DNA of 58,863 nucleotides, filler included, from Malassezia furfur (GCA_052055015.1; 2 parts of 2 records of this genome joined end to end with filler, not necessarily neighbours in it); one strand, 5' to 3'. Counted from the whole stretch's first letter, positions 21,316 through 33,430 are shown. Numbers and translations are program-made. The notes: generated from the sequence alone by a model not told the origin.

Positions 21316-23250
21316 CTAGGAGGCCGTGGGGAACAGGTTGAACAGGCCAGCGGCTTCCGACAGACCCTGCGTGTGGTGACCGCCGTCCGAGTAGGTCTGC
21401 GTGCGCACATACTCCAGGTCCTTCGAGCTGCCCTTCGACACAATCACAGCGTGCGACGGGCGCGAAGCGGCACTGGACGAGCTGTGCGTGCCGGTCGAGG
21501 TGTGGTGGCTCTTGTTCTTGCGGTTACGGCAGCGGCGCATCGACTTGGTGGTCGTCGTGCTGCCGCTGTCGCTGCTGTCGCTCAGCGAGCGCTTGCGCGC
21601 CGCCGGGTCGCTGCCCAGCGTCGGGGCCACCGCATCCGTCGCCGCCGAGGCGCTCGCGTCATCCGTGCCGGCACTGTCCGTGCTGGCCGCACTGTCGCTT
21701 GCACTGTCCGTCGCCGCAGCCGACGAGCTGGGCGCAGCCGAAGAGCTGGCGTCCGCCATGTCCGTGGTCGCCGAGGGCGTCGCCGACGACGACACCGACG
21801 ACGTGGCCGACGACGCATCCGACGACGCATCCGTGCCCGAGGCCGAGGCGCTGCTGCTCTTGTGGTGCTTGTGGTGCTTCTTAGAGCTGCTCGAGGCGCT
21901 CGACGTGGGCGCAGCCGAGCCCGACGACGACGACGAACTGCTCTTGTGGTGCTTATGGTGCTTCTTGGAGCTGCTCGACGCCGACGGCGTGCTCGTGGAG
22001 CTGGCATGGTGCTTGTGGTGCTTGGACGAGGTGGCAGCCACCGTTGCCGCCGCTTGGCCACGGTGGTGGCCCGCCGACGAGGCGCTGCCGTGATCCGCGC
22101 CCGGCACAGAAGTCGAGTAGCTGCCCATCGACTGGATCAGGCGCGACACAGACGAAGCCTGTGCAGCGTTCAGGTTCATCGTCTGGGTCTGCTGCTGGAG
22201 CGAGCTCGCCATACGCTGGCGGTTCAGGTTGGCGAGCTCCGCGGACGACGGCACCTGAATGTTGCCGTTCATGTAGTGGTTGCCGTTGTTGTCGTTACCC
22301 GTGATCTGCTGCAGTTCTGCAAGCGCAGAGCCCAGCTCATTGGTGTCCAGCTGCGTCGAGTCCGAGTTGGCCATCGTCGTCTGCGAGTTACGGTTCTGGC
22401 TCAGGTACGCGTTCAGCGCCGCGTTCTGGTCCGAGTTGGAGTCCGTGCTCGACAGCGAGCGCTTCTCCGAGCCCGACGTCGAGTTTTGCGACACAATCGC
22501 GCCGTTCAGGATCGCCTCACGCCCATGGCGGGTGCCGCCATTGCTAGTCGAAGGGATGCGACTGCCAAGCATCCCGCTGCTCGTCGCACTCGGCGTGGCC
22601 GAACTGCCGTTCGCCGAGCCCGAGCGCGTCGCGTTATGGTGCGACGCATTGCGGTGCGCCGAGCCGTGGTGCGACGAGCCGTGGTGGGCCGAGCTGTGGT
22701 GCGACGAGGTGCTCTGGCTCGGCGTCGCGCTCTGGGCGTACGCACTCAGCAGGCTCTGCAGCTCGTCGTTCGACATACTGCCCTGGCTGGATGCGCCGTG
22801 GTGCGAAGCGCCACGGTTCGACGAGGCCTGGCTCGAGGCACCCTGGCCCAGCGCGCCACTGAGACCCGAGCCCTGGAGCAGCGAGCCATCACTCGAGGAG
22901 CCCTGGTTCGACGCAGCCTGGTTCGACGACATCTGGCCAGACGAGCCCTGCTGCACGTTGGCCTGGCGACCGGCGGAGCCGAGACCCGACAAGCCCTGGG
23001 CCGTGCCCGTGGACTGCGCAGCCGGGTCCGGGTACGAGTACGCATGGCCGTTGTAGATCACCGCGTAACCCACCGGACGCGAGGTCGAGCCAGTCGACCC
23101 GCTCGAGGAGCTGTGGTGGTGGTGGTGCTTGTGGTGACTCTTCGACGACGTGGCCTGCACGTTCGCGCTGTCACGCGCCTGGATGGGTGCGGCGTTCGTA
23201 GAGAGTGCCGCGAGTGAGAGGGCAAGCACAATGGCGGTAGAGAACTTCAT
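21316..23250 (-). CDS. Secreted Ser/His-rich repetitive protein with Kex2-type sites
   Basis: Signal peptide MKFSTAIVLALSLAALSTNA, APIQAR pro-segment, repeated (K)HHKHH motifs, two KR|SLS sites, intronless. Confidence 0.8.
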   Translation of the reverse strand: MKFSTAIVLALSLAALSTNAAPIQARDSANVQATSSKSHHKHHHHHSSSSGSTGSTSRPVGYAVIYNGHAYSYPDPAAQSTGTAQGLSGLGSAGRQANVQQGSSGQMSSNQAASNQGSSSDGSLLQGSGLSGALGQGASSQASSNRGASHHGASSQGSMSNDELQSLLSAYAQSATPSQSTSSHHSSAHHGSSHHGSAHRNASHHNATRSGSANGSSATPSATSSGMLGSRIPSTSNGGTRHGREAILNGAIVSQNSTSGSEKRSLSSTDSNSDQNAALNAYLSQNRNSQTTMANSDSTQLDTNELGSALAELQQITGNDNNGNHYMNGNIQVPSSAELANLNRQRMASSLQQQTQTMNLNAAQASSVSRLIQSMGSYSTSVPGADHGSASSAGHHRGQAAATVAATSSKHHKHHASSTSTPSASSSSKKHHKHHKSSSSSSSGSAAPTSSASSSSKKHHKHHKSSSASASGTDASSDASSATSSVSSSATPSATTDMADASSSAAPSSSAAATDSASDSAASTDSAGTDDASASAATDAVAPTLGSDPAARKRSLSDSSDSGSTTTTKSMRRCRNRKNKSHHTSTGTHSSSSAASRPSHAVIVSKGSSKDLEYVRTQTYSDGGHHTQGLSEAAGLFNLFPTAS

Positions 23251-23587
23251 TGAGACAGGGTGTGTGATGAAAAAGAGGTTGTAGATGAGAGGACACGGTC
23301 ACCAGTACCGTGTGTTTGAGAGCGGGCAAAGGATACAGCCAAACCAGTTGGCTTGGAGGAGGAGAAGCAGCAAAAAGGGCGCACAAGGGAGAGGGCAGGA
23401 GGTGCGGAACACCGGTGCCGCTCACCTCTTTTTATGCATGGGCCACAAAATGGGTGTGCAACCCACGCCGGTTCGTTGCTAGATTCTACACCAACATCTA
23501 TACCCCCGCAAACGTCACGGATTGGCTCAATTGGAAATCTCCACATGGCCCCTGCCTTGGCGTACTGTACAATCTAAGGAGGCTCGG

Positions 23588-24951
23588 TCAATAGAGCAAG
23601 CGAATCAGCCAAGAGGTCCACAGCCCCATCAGGAAACGCTCGAGGTTGTACACTGCCGGTTAGTCAATGTCACTGCGCCACACGTACGTAGAGAAAGAAC
23701 GGGGAAAATGCCATCGATCATTTCGCGCATACTCCACGAATCTTCGTGCCGCACAATCCGCCCCGCCTCGTTAAACTCGAGGCGGCTCAGCAGACGCAGC
23801 TCGATCGAGAAGAGCGAGCGGAGCGTCCGCCGCGGCGAAATGAGATTCAGTAGAAGCACCCAGATCGAGTTGCGCCCCAGGCCCTGTGCAGACCAGTGCG
23901 GGATACCAGCGTCCAGCGGCATGGCAGGTCGCGTGTCGATTGGCATTGGCGTCGACATTGAGTCGCGGCTCTCGCTTATCGGCAGCTCCGAGGTATTGAG
24001 CTGCTCAGGCTCCGAGCTCCGCAGCATCGGCCCGAATTCGTTGTCGGTCATCGAATCCGAGTTCGACTGCGGCGCCGGCGACGTCAGGCTCTGCTGTGCC
24101 GAGAATGGCTCTGCGTCCACTTCGTGGATGCCGGGCGTCCGGGGCCGCGAGCTCCACCGGCTGCTGCTCGAGTTGGAGCGCTGCATGAACGGCGTCGCGG
24201 GCGTTGCGGGACTCATAGCGAAGCCATACCCCGACCGGGAGCGGTGGAAGCCGCTGCCGTCACCCATAGTCGGTGTCGCATAATTTGCAAAAGGGTGTGG
24301 GGTAACCGAGCCGTGGCTCATTGGTGCGCCGGGCGTCGTGGCCGACGACACGCCGTTGTAGTCTTTGTGGGCGCCAAATAGCATAGGGAAGAAGGTGATG
24401 GTGATGGTATGGTCGATGATCCCCGCGCGTGTCCCGTCAAACTCAAAATCGGAGCAGATCACGTCGCGGAGCTCGGAGCGGATGTCGATGCCAGGGCATG
24501 CGAACGCAAGCACGAACTGGTCAATGATGCGCCGCCGGCCATGTACAGAGACGAGCGGGCTGTCAAATACAGCGTCGCCGTCGTAATAGCGCCAAACAGT
24601 CTCGCGAATTTCCTCGACGCTGCGTTTGGCGCCGTACAGCGACGCATGGAGGGTGAGGATGATGTCGGTGAGCGTGCTAGGGGACGGGGGAGCGCCCGTC
24701 TCGAAGTCGCTCATGTCCTCCACGGCAGAGCCTTGCAGGTTGTTGAGCGTAATATTCATCGGCTGCGGCGTATTACCGTTGGGGGGGATGGACACCTTGG
24801 GCTCTACGGCAGGAGCCGACTGGATGGCGCTCGAGCGCCTGCGCAACACCCCACCGCCAGATGGGCGTGGTGTAGAGCTGGGGAAATATCCATCTCCTGT
24901 GAATTGCTTCGCATGGCTCCAGCTAGGGGAGCGCGAATGGTGGCTCGCCAT
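23588..24951 (-). CDS. NTF2/SnoaL-like fold protein with disordered insert
   Basis: [25 protein letters not shown] and [19 protein letters not shown] are NTF2-like. A 3' intron leads to the last exon [21 protein letters not shown]. Confidence 0.6.
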
Positions 24952-25075
24952 GTCCTGCTCTACCCCGCGGGCTGACGGAATCCGGGATCCGGTGTGGTCG
25001 CGGCGAGGTCAGTCGACTGCTTACGTCACACTTCATAAAGGAGCGCGGACCACCCGGGCTACGCCACGACCGACC

Positions 25076-28000
25076 ATGACCTCGCAAGATTCGATCGACG
25101 AGTCGCTGTACAGCCGGCAGCTGTATGTGCTGGGTCATGATGCGATGAAGCAGATGTCATCGAGCAGCGTGCTTATTGTGGGCGTGCAGGGGCTCGGTGC
25201 CGAAATTGGTACGTTGTGACGCCACACACTGACGCAGCCAAAAATACGGCGCTTGCGGGCGTCAAGAGCGTGACGCTGTACGACCCGGCGCCCGTCGAGG
25301 TCGCAGACCTGAGCACGCAGTTCTTCCTGCGTGCCGAGGATGTGGGCAAGCCAGGCGTGACGCGCGCGTCGGCGACGGCCGCACGCCTCGCCGAGATCAA
25401 CACCTACGTGCCCGTCAAGGCGCTCGAGGTGCCTGAGCTCACGCGCGAGGTGCTGTCGCAGTTCCAGGTGGTGGTGCTGTGCAACCAGCTGCTCACTGAG
25501 CAGCTGCGTGTGAACGACCTGACACACAACACTGCGACGCATTTCCTTGCCGCGTCGATCCACGGCCTGTTTGGCAGTGTGTTTGCCGACTTTGGTCGCG
25601 ACTTTGTGTGCAAAGATGCTACTGGCGAGCAGGCGCTGTCCGGCATGGTGGTGTCGATCGACAAGGACGGCGAGGGGCTCGTCACGACGCTCGACGAGAC
25701 GCGCCACGGCCTCGAGGACGGCGACTACGTCACCTTCTCCGAGGTCGAGGGCATGACGGAGCTGAACGACATCGAGCCGCGCCGCGTCACGGTCAAGGGC
25801 CCGTACACCTTCACGATCGGCGACACGTCGTCGTTCGGCGACTACAAGCGTGGCGGCCTGTTCAAACAGGTCAAGCAGCCGGTCAAGTTGCAGTTTGCGT
25901 CGCTACGCGAGAGCCGTGCGGCACCCGAGTGTCTCGTGTCCGACTTTGCCAAGATGGACCGCCCGCCGCTGCTGCATGTTGCGTTCGAGGCGCTGTCGCA
26001 GTTTGCCGAGGCCGCGCAGCGCCTGCCGCGCGCGCGCAACGACGAGGACGCCGCGGCGGTGCTGGAGCGTGCGCAGGCGCTGGCGACCGAGCGCAAGGTG
26101 CTGCCCGAGGATGAGGCGGGCCAGAAGCTCTTCACGATGCTCGTCAAGGAGCTCGCGTACCAGGCGGTGGGCAACGTGTCGCCGATGGTGGCGTTCATTG
26201 GCGGTTTTGTCGCGCAAGAGGTGCTCAAGGCGTGCAGCGGCAAATTCCACCCGCTGATGCAGTACATGTACGTGGACTGCCTCGAGGCACTCCCCAGCAA
26301 CATTGCGACGCTGCCTGCGAGCGAGTTCGCGCCGCAGGGCACGCGCTACGACGGGCAGACGGCCGTGTTTGGCACCTCGTTCCAGCAGCGCATCGGCAAT
26401 GCGCGCCAGTTCCTGGTGGGCTCGGGCGCGATTGGCTGTGAGATGCTCAAGAACTGGAGCATGATGGGCCTCGGCAGCGGTCCCCAAGGGCAGATCTATG
26501 TCACGGACAACGACACCATCGAGAAGAGCAACCTGAACCGCCAGTTCCTCTTCCGGCAGCAGGACGTGGGCCACTTTAAGGCGGACACGGCCGCCGCGGC
26601 GGTCGCTGAGATGAACCCGGACCTCAAGGGCAAGATCCAGAGCTTCCAGAACCGCGTGGGCCCCGAGACGGAGGATGTGTACGGTGACGAGTTCTTTGAG
26701 CGGCTCGACGGCGTGACCAACGCCCTCGACAACGTCAACGCGCGCCAGTACATGGACCGCCGCTGCGTGTACTACCAGAAGCCGCTGCTCGAGTCGGGCA
26801 CGCTCGGGACCAAGGCCAACACCCAGGTGGTGGTGCCGAACCTGACCGAGTCGTACTCCTCGTCGCAGGACCCGCCGGAGAAGTCGATTCCGGTGTGCAC
26901 CCTGAAGAACTTCCCGAACCAGATCGAGCACACGATCCAGTGGGCGCGCGAGCAGTTTGACGAGCTCTTTTTGAAGCCGGCCGAAAACGTCAACCTGTAC
27001 CTGACGCAACCCGACTTTGTCGCGTCGCTCGGGACGAGCGATGCGGGCGCCAAGCAGCAGCTCGAGCAGGTCAAGGAGTACCTGGTCGACGCGCGCCCGC
27101 AGACGTTTGACGCGTGCATTGCGTGGGCGCGCCTCAAGTTTGAGGAGAACTACGTCAACATGATCAAGCAGCTCCTCTACAACCTGCCGGCGGACGCCGT
27201 CACCTCGACGGGCCAGCCGTTCTGGAGCGGCCCGAAGCGTGCGCCGACGCCGCTCTCGTTCGACCCGAGCAACCCGCTGCACATGAACTACGTCGTGGCC
27301 GCGGCCAACCTGCACGCCGCCAACTACGGCCTGAAGGGCTCGGCGGACCCCGAGGTGTACCGCCGCGTGCTCGAGCAGGTGTCGGTGCCTGCCTTCACGC
27401 CCAAGTCGGCCAAGGTGCAGATCAACGACAACGACCCTGTGCCCGCGGCGAGCAACGCCGCCGAGGACGAGGCGAGTGTCGAGGAGCTCGCGGCGAGCCT
27501 CCCCGCGCCGAGCTCGCTGTCGGGATACCGCCTGCAGCCGATCGAGATGGAGAAGGACGACGACACCAACTACCATATGGCGTTCATCACCGCCGCGTCC
27601 AACCTGCGTGCGGAGAACTACTCGATCCAGCCCGTGGACCAGTACACCACCAAGGGCATTGCAGGCAAGATCATCCCCGCGATCGCCACCACGACGGCGC
27701 TCGCGACCGGCCTGGTCAACATCGAGCTGTACAAGCTGCTGGACGGCAAGATGGACATCGAGAAGTACTCGAACGCGTTTGTGAACCTCGCGCTGCCGTT
27801 TATCGCGTTCAGCGAGCCGATCGCTGCGCCGCGCCACAAGTACAACGACACCGAGTGGACGCTCTGGTCGCGCTTCGACATCGAGGGCGACGTGACGCTC
27901 CGCGCGTTCCTCGACTACTTCCGCGAGAAGAAGCTCGATGTGACGATGGTGTCGAGCGGTGTGTCGATGCTCTACTCTGACTTTATGCCGCCCAAGAAGA

Positions 28001-28161
28001 AGGAGGAGCGCCTCGACATGCCCATGAGTGAGCTCGTGCAGACCGTGTCCAAGAAGCCGATCCCGGCGCACGTCAAGAACCTCATCGTCGAGATCATGGC
28101 CGACGACGCGAGCGGCGAAGACGTCGAGGTGCCCTACGTCAACGTGCGCATCCGCCCATAG
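25076..28161 (+). CDS. UBA1: Ubiquitin-activating enzyme E1
   Basis: [14 protein letters not shown], intron 25209-25237, [19 protein letters not shown], catalytic [21 protein letters not shown]. Confidence 0.97.
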
Positions 28162-28164
28162 ACT

Positions 28165-29389
28165 CTATGCCAGTTTTTGCGCCTCGTGCAGCACATCCAT
28201 GCCCATCGTGAGCGCCTGCTGCCGCAGCGACGCCAGCCGCGCATCGTCGCCCCGGCGCGTCGCGGCATGCGCCGCATTTTCGGCCACATACGCCCGGCAC
28301 GCCGCAACCATCGCCGAGGCACGCATGCGCACCACCATCGCCGCACGCGCCGCACCGGCCGGGCGCGTATTCACGTACTGTACCAAATTCGCCGCCATCA
28401 CCATCGCTCGCAGCGCCAGCTGGTGCGCATCCACCAGCGGCAGCGTGCACTCGGGCATCAGCATGCGGCCCAACACCGCGTCCGTCGTCGGCGACAGCAG
28501 CCGCGCACACGCCGCAGGCGACGACGTGAGTGTCGCGAGCGTGCCGGACGCCGCGAGCGCTAGTGCCACCGCCGTCGCGTCCGGCGTCCCACCGGTCAGG
28601 TCGCTGAGCGACACGAGCAGCTGCAGGCGCCCGCGCGCCGTGTGTAGCCGCAGCGCCACCGCGCCCCCTTCGTCGCGACGCACCGGCTCCTCACTAAACT
28701 CGCCGCCCTCGGCGACAGGCGTCGCGCCGTGCGCAGTGTCCTCGGCTTCGCCGGACCATTCGGCAAAGGTCGCCTCGTCCTGCACCAGATTGCACAGCAG
28801 CTCGATCAGCGCCCGACGCACCATCGGCTCGTCGTGCTGCAAAAAGAGCGGCACGATGGCGCGCTCGACCGTGCTGTGCTCTGCGTCGCGCGGCGCCGCC
28901 GGCGGCGCACGCGCCACGGCGCCCGCCAGCGCGGGGCTGACGCTCGCGAGGTTCGTCAGTGCCATCGCCGCCTCGAACAGCTGGAGCAGTGTGCCTTGCG
29001 GCACAAAAAACAGCGCCGCGACGTATTGCACGCCCTGCTCCGTCGCCCCGTCCTGCCGGAAGAGCAGCGCCGGGTCCGTCGAGATGCACAGCTTCGCAAG
29101 CGCCTGCAGCGCCGACACATCGGCGTTCGCGGCACGCTCTGCACACGCCGCATATGCATCCTTGCACAGCGCGACCACTGCGCGGCCCACACCAAGCTGC
29201 AACAGTCGGCCCCGCAGCGGCGTGTTTTGCTCCGTCACCAGCGAGAGCAGCAGCGCCGACAACGTACGCCGCAGCTCACTGTCCACCGCGGACGAGGTAC
29301 GCAGCGCGAGCGCCACGAGCGGCGGCACACACCCGGCCTCGACCACCGCACGCGCACGCCGCGCCGCGTCCGCGGGCGCCACCGGCGGC
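28165..29389 (-). CDS. UCS-family myosin chaperone (She4/UNC-45/CRO1), 5' part lost in gap
   Basis: RGRLLQLG, ALQALAKLCISTDPALLF, LLQLFEAAMALTNLAS, MVRRALIELLCNL. The frame runs into the N gap. Confidence 0.82.
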
Positions 29390-29489
29390 NNNNNNNNNNN
29401 NNNNNNNNNNNNNNNNNNNNNNNNNNNNNNNNNTTAATTAATTAANNNNNNNNNNNNNNNNNNNNNNNNNNNNNNNNNNNNNNNNNNNN
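29390..29489. other. Assembly gap / artificial linker (44 N + TTAATTAATTAA + 44 N)
   Basis: N runs flank a 12-mer giving stops in all six frames (29434-29445). Confidence 0.97.
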
Positions 29490-30376
29490 CCATTGCAGCC
29501 GGTGCATCCGATAATCGCAGGTGCGCCGCCGACGCCCACGCCGCGCGGGCTGGCACACCCACCGCGGGCCACTGGCGAGCTCGGACGCGACGTCCAGCGC
29601 CTCAGAAAACGTGTGCATCACCGCATCGAGCGCGCCGGGCGGCGCATCGTCGCACGTCGGCAGTGCGTACCGATGCCAGAGTTGCGCTGCGTCAGCCGCC
29701 GCACGTACCTGCACGGGTCATCGCAGGATACGCGTCTTGCGCCATGTACGCATCCAGGTCATTGCCGCACAGCACCAGCCCACGCAGCTGCACCGCATCC
29801 CAGTTGGCACGCAGCACCGCCTCGTACAGCGCACGGGGGCATTTCGGCATGTACACGAGCGTCGGGCGGTCCAGGGTATATTCCCCGCACTGGTCAGCCG
29901 CACGCACGTACTTTGTTTTGCGCCGGAAGTGCCATGCCTAGACGCGCAACCAGCGCGCAGTCCTGCGCATCAAACAGCGGATCGTAGATCGTCACGGCGC
30001 ACAGACCCGGGGGGTGTTGCTGCGTGAGCACAGGTCGTACCTCGAGGCGCGCACGGAATGCCAGCACCATCGCCAGCTGGAACTGCGCCGCGGACGTGTC
30101 GAGCTTGCCGATTCCGAGGCACAGCAGGCGCTCGGGCGCCTCCTTGCGCGCACGCAAAGCATTGACGACCGCTGCGTCAGTGCACCACCTACCGTCCAGG
30201 CGCGCGCGCGCTTGGTCGTACTCAAGCTGCGCTAGCTTCGCCTCGATGGCCGCGACAAGGCCTTCAATGTGTACCGCGCGCTCCTCCTCGCTCTGCTCCG
30301 CCCACGTCTTGGGTGCTGCACGCGCAGCGCCCCGCCGGCGCCGGCGCCGCGAAGCAGTCCAGACTTCCTCGCCCAT
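29490..30376 (-). CDS. SRR1/Ber1-like protein, 3' end at gap, spliced
   Basis: LLCLGIGKL...AQFQLAM, IYDPLFDAQD, PTLVYMPKCPRALYEAVLRANW, LCGND, HTFSEA. Introns at 30020-30040, 29890-29911, 29687-29708. Confidence 0.8.
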
Positions 30377-30430
30377 CGTGGCCCTCCACAAATTGTGCGT
30401 ATTTGCGCAGCGCGTCGCCTTTTCACCGCC

Positions 30431-31612
30431 ATGGCGTCGTCGATGCTTAGCCGGCTGCCTGGTGGACCCAAGACCCTGATTGCGTTCGTGGCGATCCTGT
30501 TCGCCTACACGGTGCAGACAGAGTCAACGCAGCACATCCAGTATGCGCTGCGCTTTGAAAAACCATTGCAGCTCTTGTATGTGACGCACAGCAGCTTTAT
30601 ACTGCTTCTACCGCTGCAGCTCGTCGCGCTCCGCGTGCTCAAGGGCAAGCCCGCGTCGCACTACCTCGGTCTGCTGCGCCGCGACATCCAGAAACAGATC
30701 GATCATGTGCGTGCCTCCTGGGGCTGGTCTCCAGCGCAAACGTCCTCGTCGTTGTACGCGACGCTGGCGCTCATCCTGTTTCTCCTCACACTTGGGCTTA
30801 CCATCCCTGCCGTGAGCTGGTTTATTGCGCTGCCGCTCACGACCATGGCCAACGTCACGGCCATCTACAACACGTTCAGCATCTGGGCACTCGTGTTCTC
30901 GGTGCTCTTCCTGAACGAGACGTGGATCTTTGTACGTCACCACCCACTCACCCAGCACCATGCGATCGCCGTGTTGCTCGGCGTCGTGGGCGTCGTGATG
31001 GTCGCCTACGGCAGCACGCAGCCTGCGGCCAATGCCACCATGTCGGTGACGCCAATTGTGTCGCGTGCCCTGATCGGGAACGGCATGGCCTTCCTCGGCG
31101 CGGTGTCGATGGCGGCCTACGAGGTGGTATACAAGCTGATCGGCACTGTGCCTGACCTCGAGCATGCGGGCTTCCGGCCGCTCGCGCCTTCCGAAGAACA
31201 CGCAGAGCGCGAGCAGGATCAGCCACCCCACGACGATGAGCCCTTGCCATTCGGTATGCATGCAATCGCCATGACGACGGGCATTGGGCTTATGACGATG
31301 CTCACGTTGTGGTCCATGCTAGTTATTGCCGACTGGACCGGGTTCGAACCGTTTGGGCTACCGCCGAACTGGACGACCGTTGGCTGGATCGCCACGGGTG
31401 CGTCGTGCGGTGTGCTGTTCAACGCGTGCTTCTCCATCCTTTTGTCACTCTGGGGCCCCGTACTGGCGAGCATGTCGTGCCTGCTTACCACGGTGCTGGT
31501 GCAGCTTGTCGACCTGTTTTTGGGTGTGCCATTCACCTGGGTCACGCTCACCGGCTGCGCCATCATCGCCGTGAGCTTCGTGGGCCTTTTGCCCTGGCAA
31601 AACAAGGACTAA
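30431..31612 (+). CDS. EamA/DMT (SLC35F-like) membrane transporter
   Basis: About 10 TM segments, KPLQLLYVTHSSF, LTTMANVTAIYNTFSIWALVFSVLFLNE, LWGPVLASMSCL. Probable in-frame 24-nt intron 30932-30955. Confidence 0.8.
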   Translation: MASSMLSRLPGGPKTLIAFVAILFAYTVQTESTQHIQYALRFEKPLQLLYVTHSSFILLLPLQLVALRVLKGKPASHYLGLLRRDIQKQIDHVRASWGWSPAQTSSSLYATLALILFLLTLGLTIPAVSWFIALPLTTMANVTAIYNTFSIWALVFSVLFLNETWIFVRHHPLTQHHAIAVLLGVVGVVMVAYGSTQPAANATMSVTPIVSRALIGNGMAFLGAVSMAAYEVVYKLIGTVPDLEHAGFRPLAPSEEHAEREQDQPPHDDEPLPFGMHAIAMTTGIGLMTMLTLWSMLVIADWTGFEPFGLPPNWTTVGWIATGASCGVLFNACFSILLSLWGPVLASMSCLLTTVLVQLVDLFLGVPFTWVTLTGCAIIAVSFVGLLPWQNKD

Positions 31613-31639
31613 GTCGCATGGGAATATTGTACAGACAAT

Positions 31640-33336
31640 CTACAGTACGTAGTCCTTGTTGTGCAAAACACATACCCCTTCGACGTGGCTGCGGTCAGTG
31701 TCTCACGTACTGTGTCTGCGGGAAAAAGTCGAAGCCGCGCACACTGTCGATCACATACGAGGGGCACGCGCGCAGCAAGGCACCCACATCGCGTGCTTGC
31801 GTCTGGGTAAGTAGAAAGAGCGTACGTGAACGTTGCACGAAACTGCGTTAGGCATACCCACGTACCGTAGACAATGTTTCTCGGGCGCAGCGCCACCAAC
31901 TGGTCAAGGAACGGCTGGTCACAGCCCCGACGCGGCGGGTCTATCACCACAGTCGTCTGCTCGGGGGGGTACGAAATGCTCGCAAAGATGTTCTCTGCAC
32001 TGCCCGCCAGGAACTGGGCGTTAGTGATCTGGTTCAGCGCGGCGTTCTGCTTGGCGCATTCGATGGAGCTGGCGCTGATCTCGACTCCCGCCACTTCGTG
32101 GAAAAGCGAAGCAAGCGACAGCGCAAAGAGCCCCGATCCACAGTACGTATCGACCAGGTACCGCGGCTTGCCCTTGTCCTGCGCCAGCACCTGCTCTTTC
32201 ACGTACTCGATCACCAACGGGATAATCGAGCGGTTGTTCTGGAAAAAAGCACCAGCGGGCGTCGAGAACTGGATGTCTCCCACAGTCTCGTACACCGTCG
32301 CATGGTGGTCGGTTACCACAACGGATTTTTGCGCCTCGATCGTCTCTGGCTGCAGGTCGGCCAGCGAGTCGCGCAGCAAGAGCGTTGCACCGTTCTTGTA
32401 GTGCTGGATATTGGCGCGCACTTTGGCGTACTCGCTCGGCATCTGCGCATTGATCGTGGGTGTGCCAATGGGACACTCTTCAATGTCCATTACATGGCCG
32501 GTGTTGACATTGTCAAAGCCGATCGGGACAGAAAGCGTGCCCACGTCCACGTTCTTCGTCTTGCTTTTGCGACGCAGCGCATGCGGAAGGTCAAAATGCG
32601 GCGTGAGTTTGGTGCGGTATTGCATCACCTTGGGCGACCCCACCGTGGGCAGCACGTCGGGGACGAGCGACTTGTCCAGCTTGGAGAAGTGTGCAAAAGC
32701 TTTCTCCACGACGCTCTTTTTCAGCTCCAACTGGGTTTCGTAAGGGATCATTTGGTATTGACATCCACCGCACTGGCCAAAGTAACGGCACTGGACCAGT
32801 TCGTCGTTGCGCATCGGACTGTGTCCACCCACACGTTCGACCAGCCGCGACTTAAAATGCAGCCGCTCGGCCCCATATGGAACCACACGCACAACCTCGC
32901 CCGGAAGGCAAAAGGGTACCACAAGCACACGGTCGCCTTCAGGCGAGCGGGCGAGACCGTCGCCGTGCGAGCTTAGTCGCTCAATGGTCACTGTAACCTC
33001 TTCGCCAAAGGGCTTGACCCGGTCAAACTCCTCCTTCCGCTGCAGGATAGTGTCTACCCGCTCTTTCCCCAACATCTCAATAATGTCGAACAAGATCGGC
33101 GGGTCCCCCTGTTTGCTGACCTGTTTCTGGTAGGCTTTCTGCAGGTAGTGAATCCGCTTCCGGTCGCGCTTGGCCGCTTGCCGGTCTTGCTTGGAGGGTG
33201 CCGTGCGAATGCCCTCTTCCTGCATACGCATCTTTTTCTCCGTAGGTGCAGCGGGTGGGCTTGGCGGGGAACGAGGTGTTACCGACGTCATGATCCGGCG
33301 CACAATCAAAGGAGCCCTCCGCAAACGAAATGGCAT
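31640..33336 (-). CDS. TRM2: tRNA (uracil-54-C5)-methyltransferase Trm2, spliced
   Basis: CRYFGQCGGCQYQ, YRTKLTPHF, FFQNN, VDTYCGSGLF, IDPPRRGC, spliced YVSCNVHTQARD and DFFPQTHHVEG. Confidence 0.92.
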
Positions 33337-33430
33337 GCACGCCTGAAAAAAAGGCGCTCCACTACCGTGCACATTACAAACACAAAATTTTGGGCCAGAT
33401 GTGGAGGAGGTTCACTTCCAGCGTGTACCA

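Noticed and set aside
29434..29445. TTAATTAATTAA palindrome as a biological element (e.g. piggyBac target site)
   Set aside because: It sits symmetrically inside 44-N runs and is a six-frame-stop scaffolding linker. Gene truncations at the gap are assembly artefacts, not pseudogenes.
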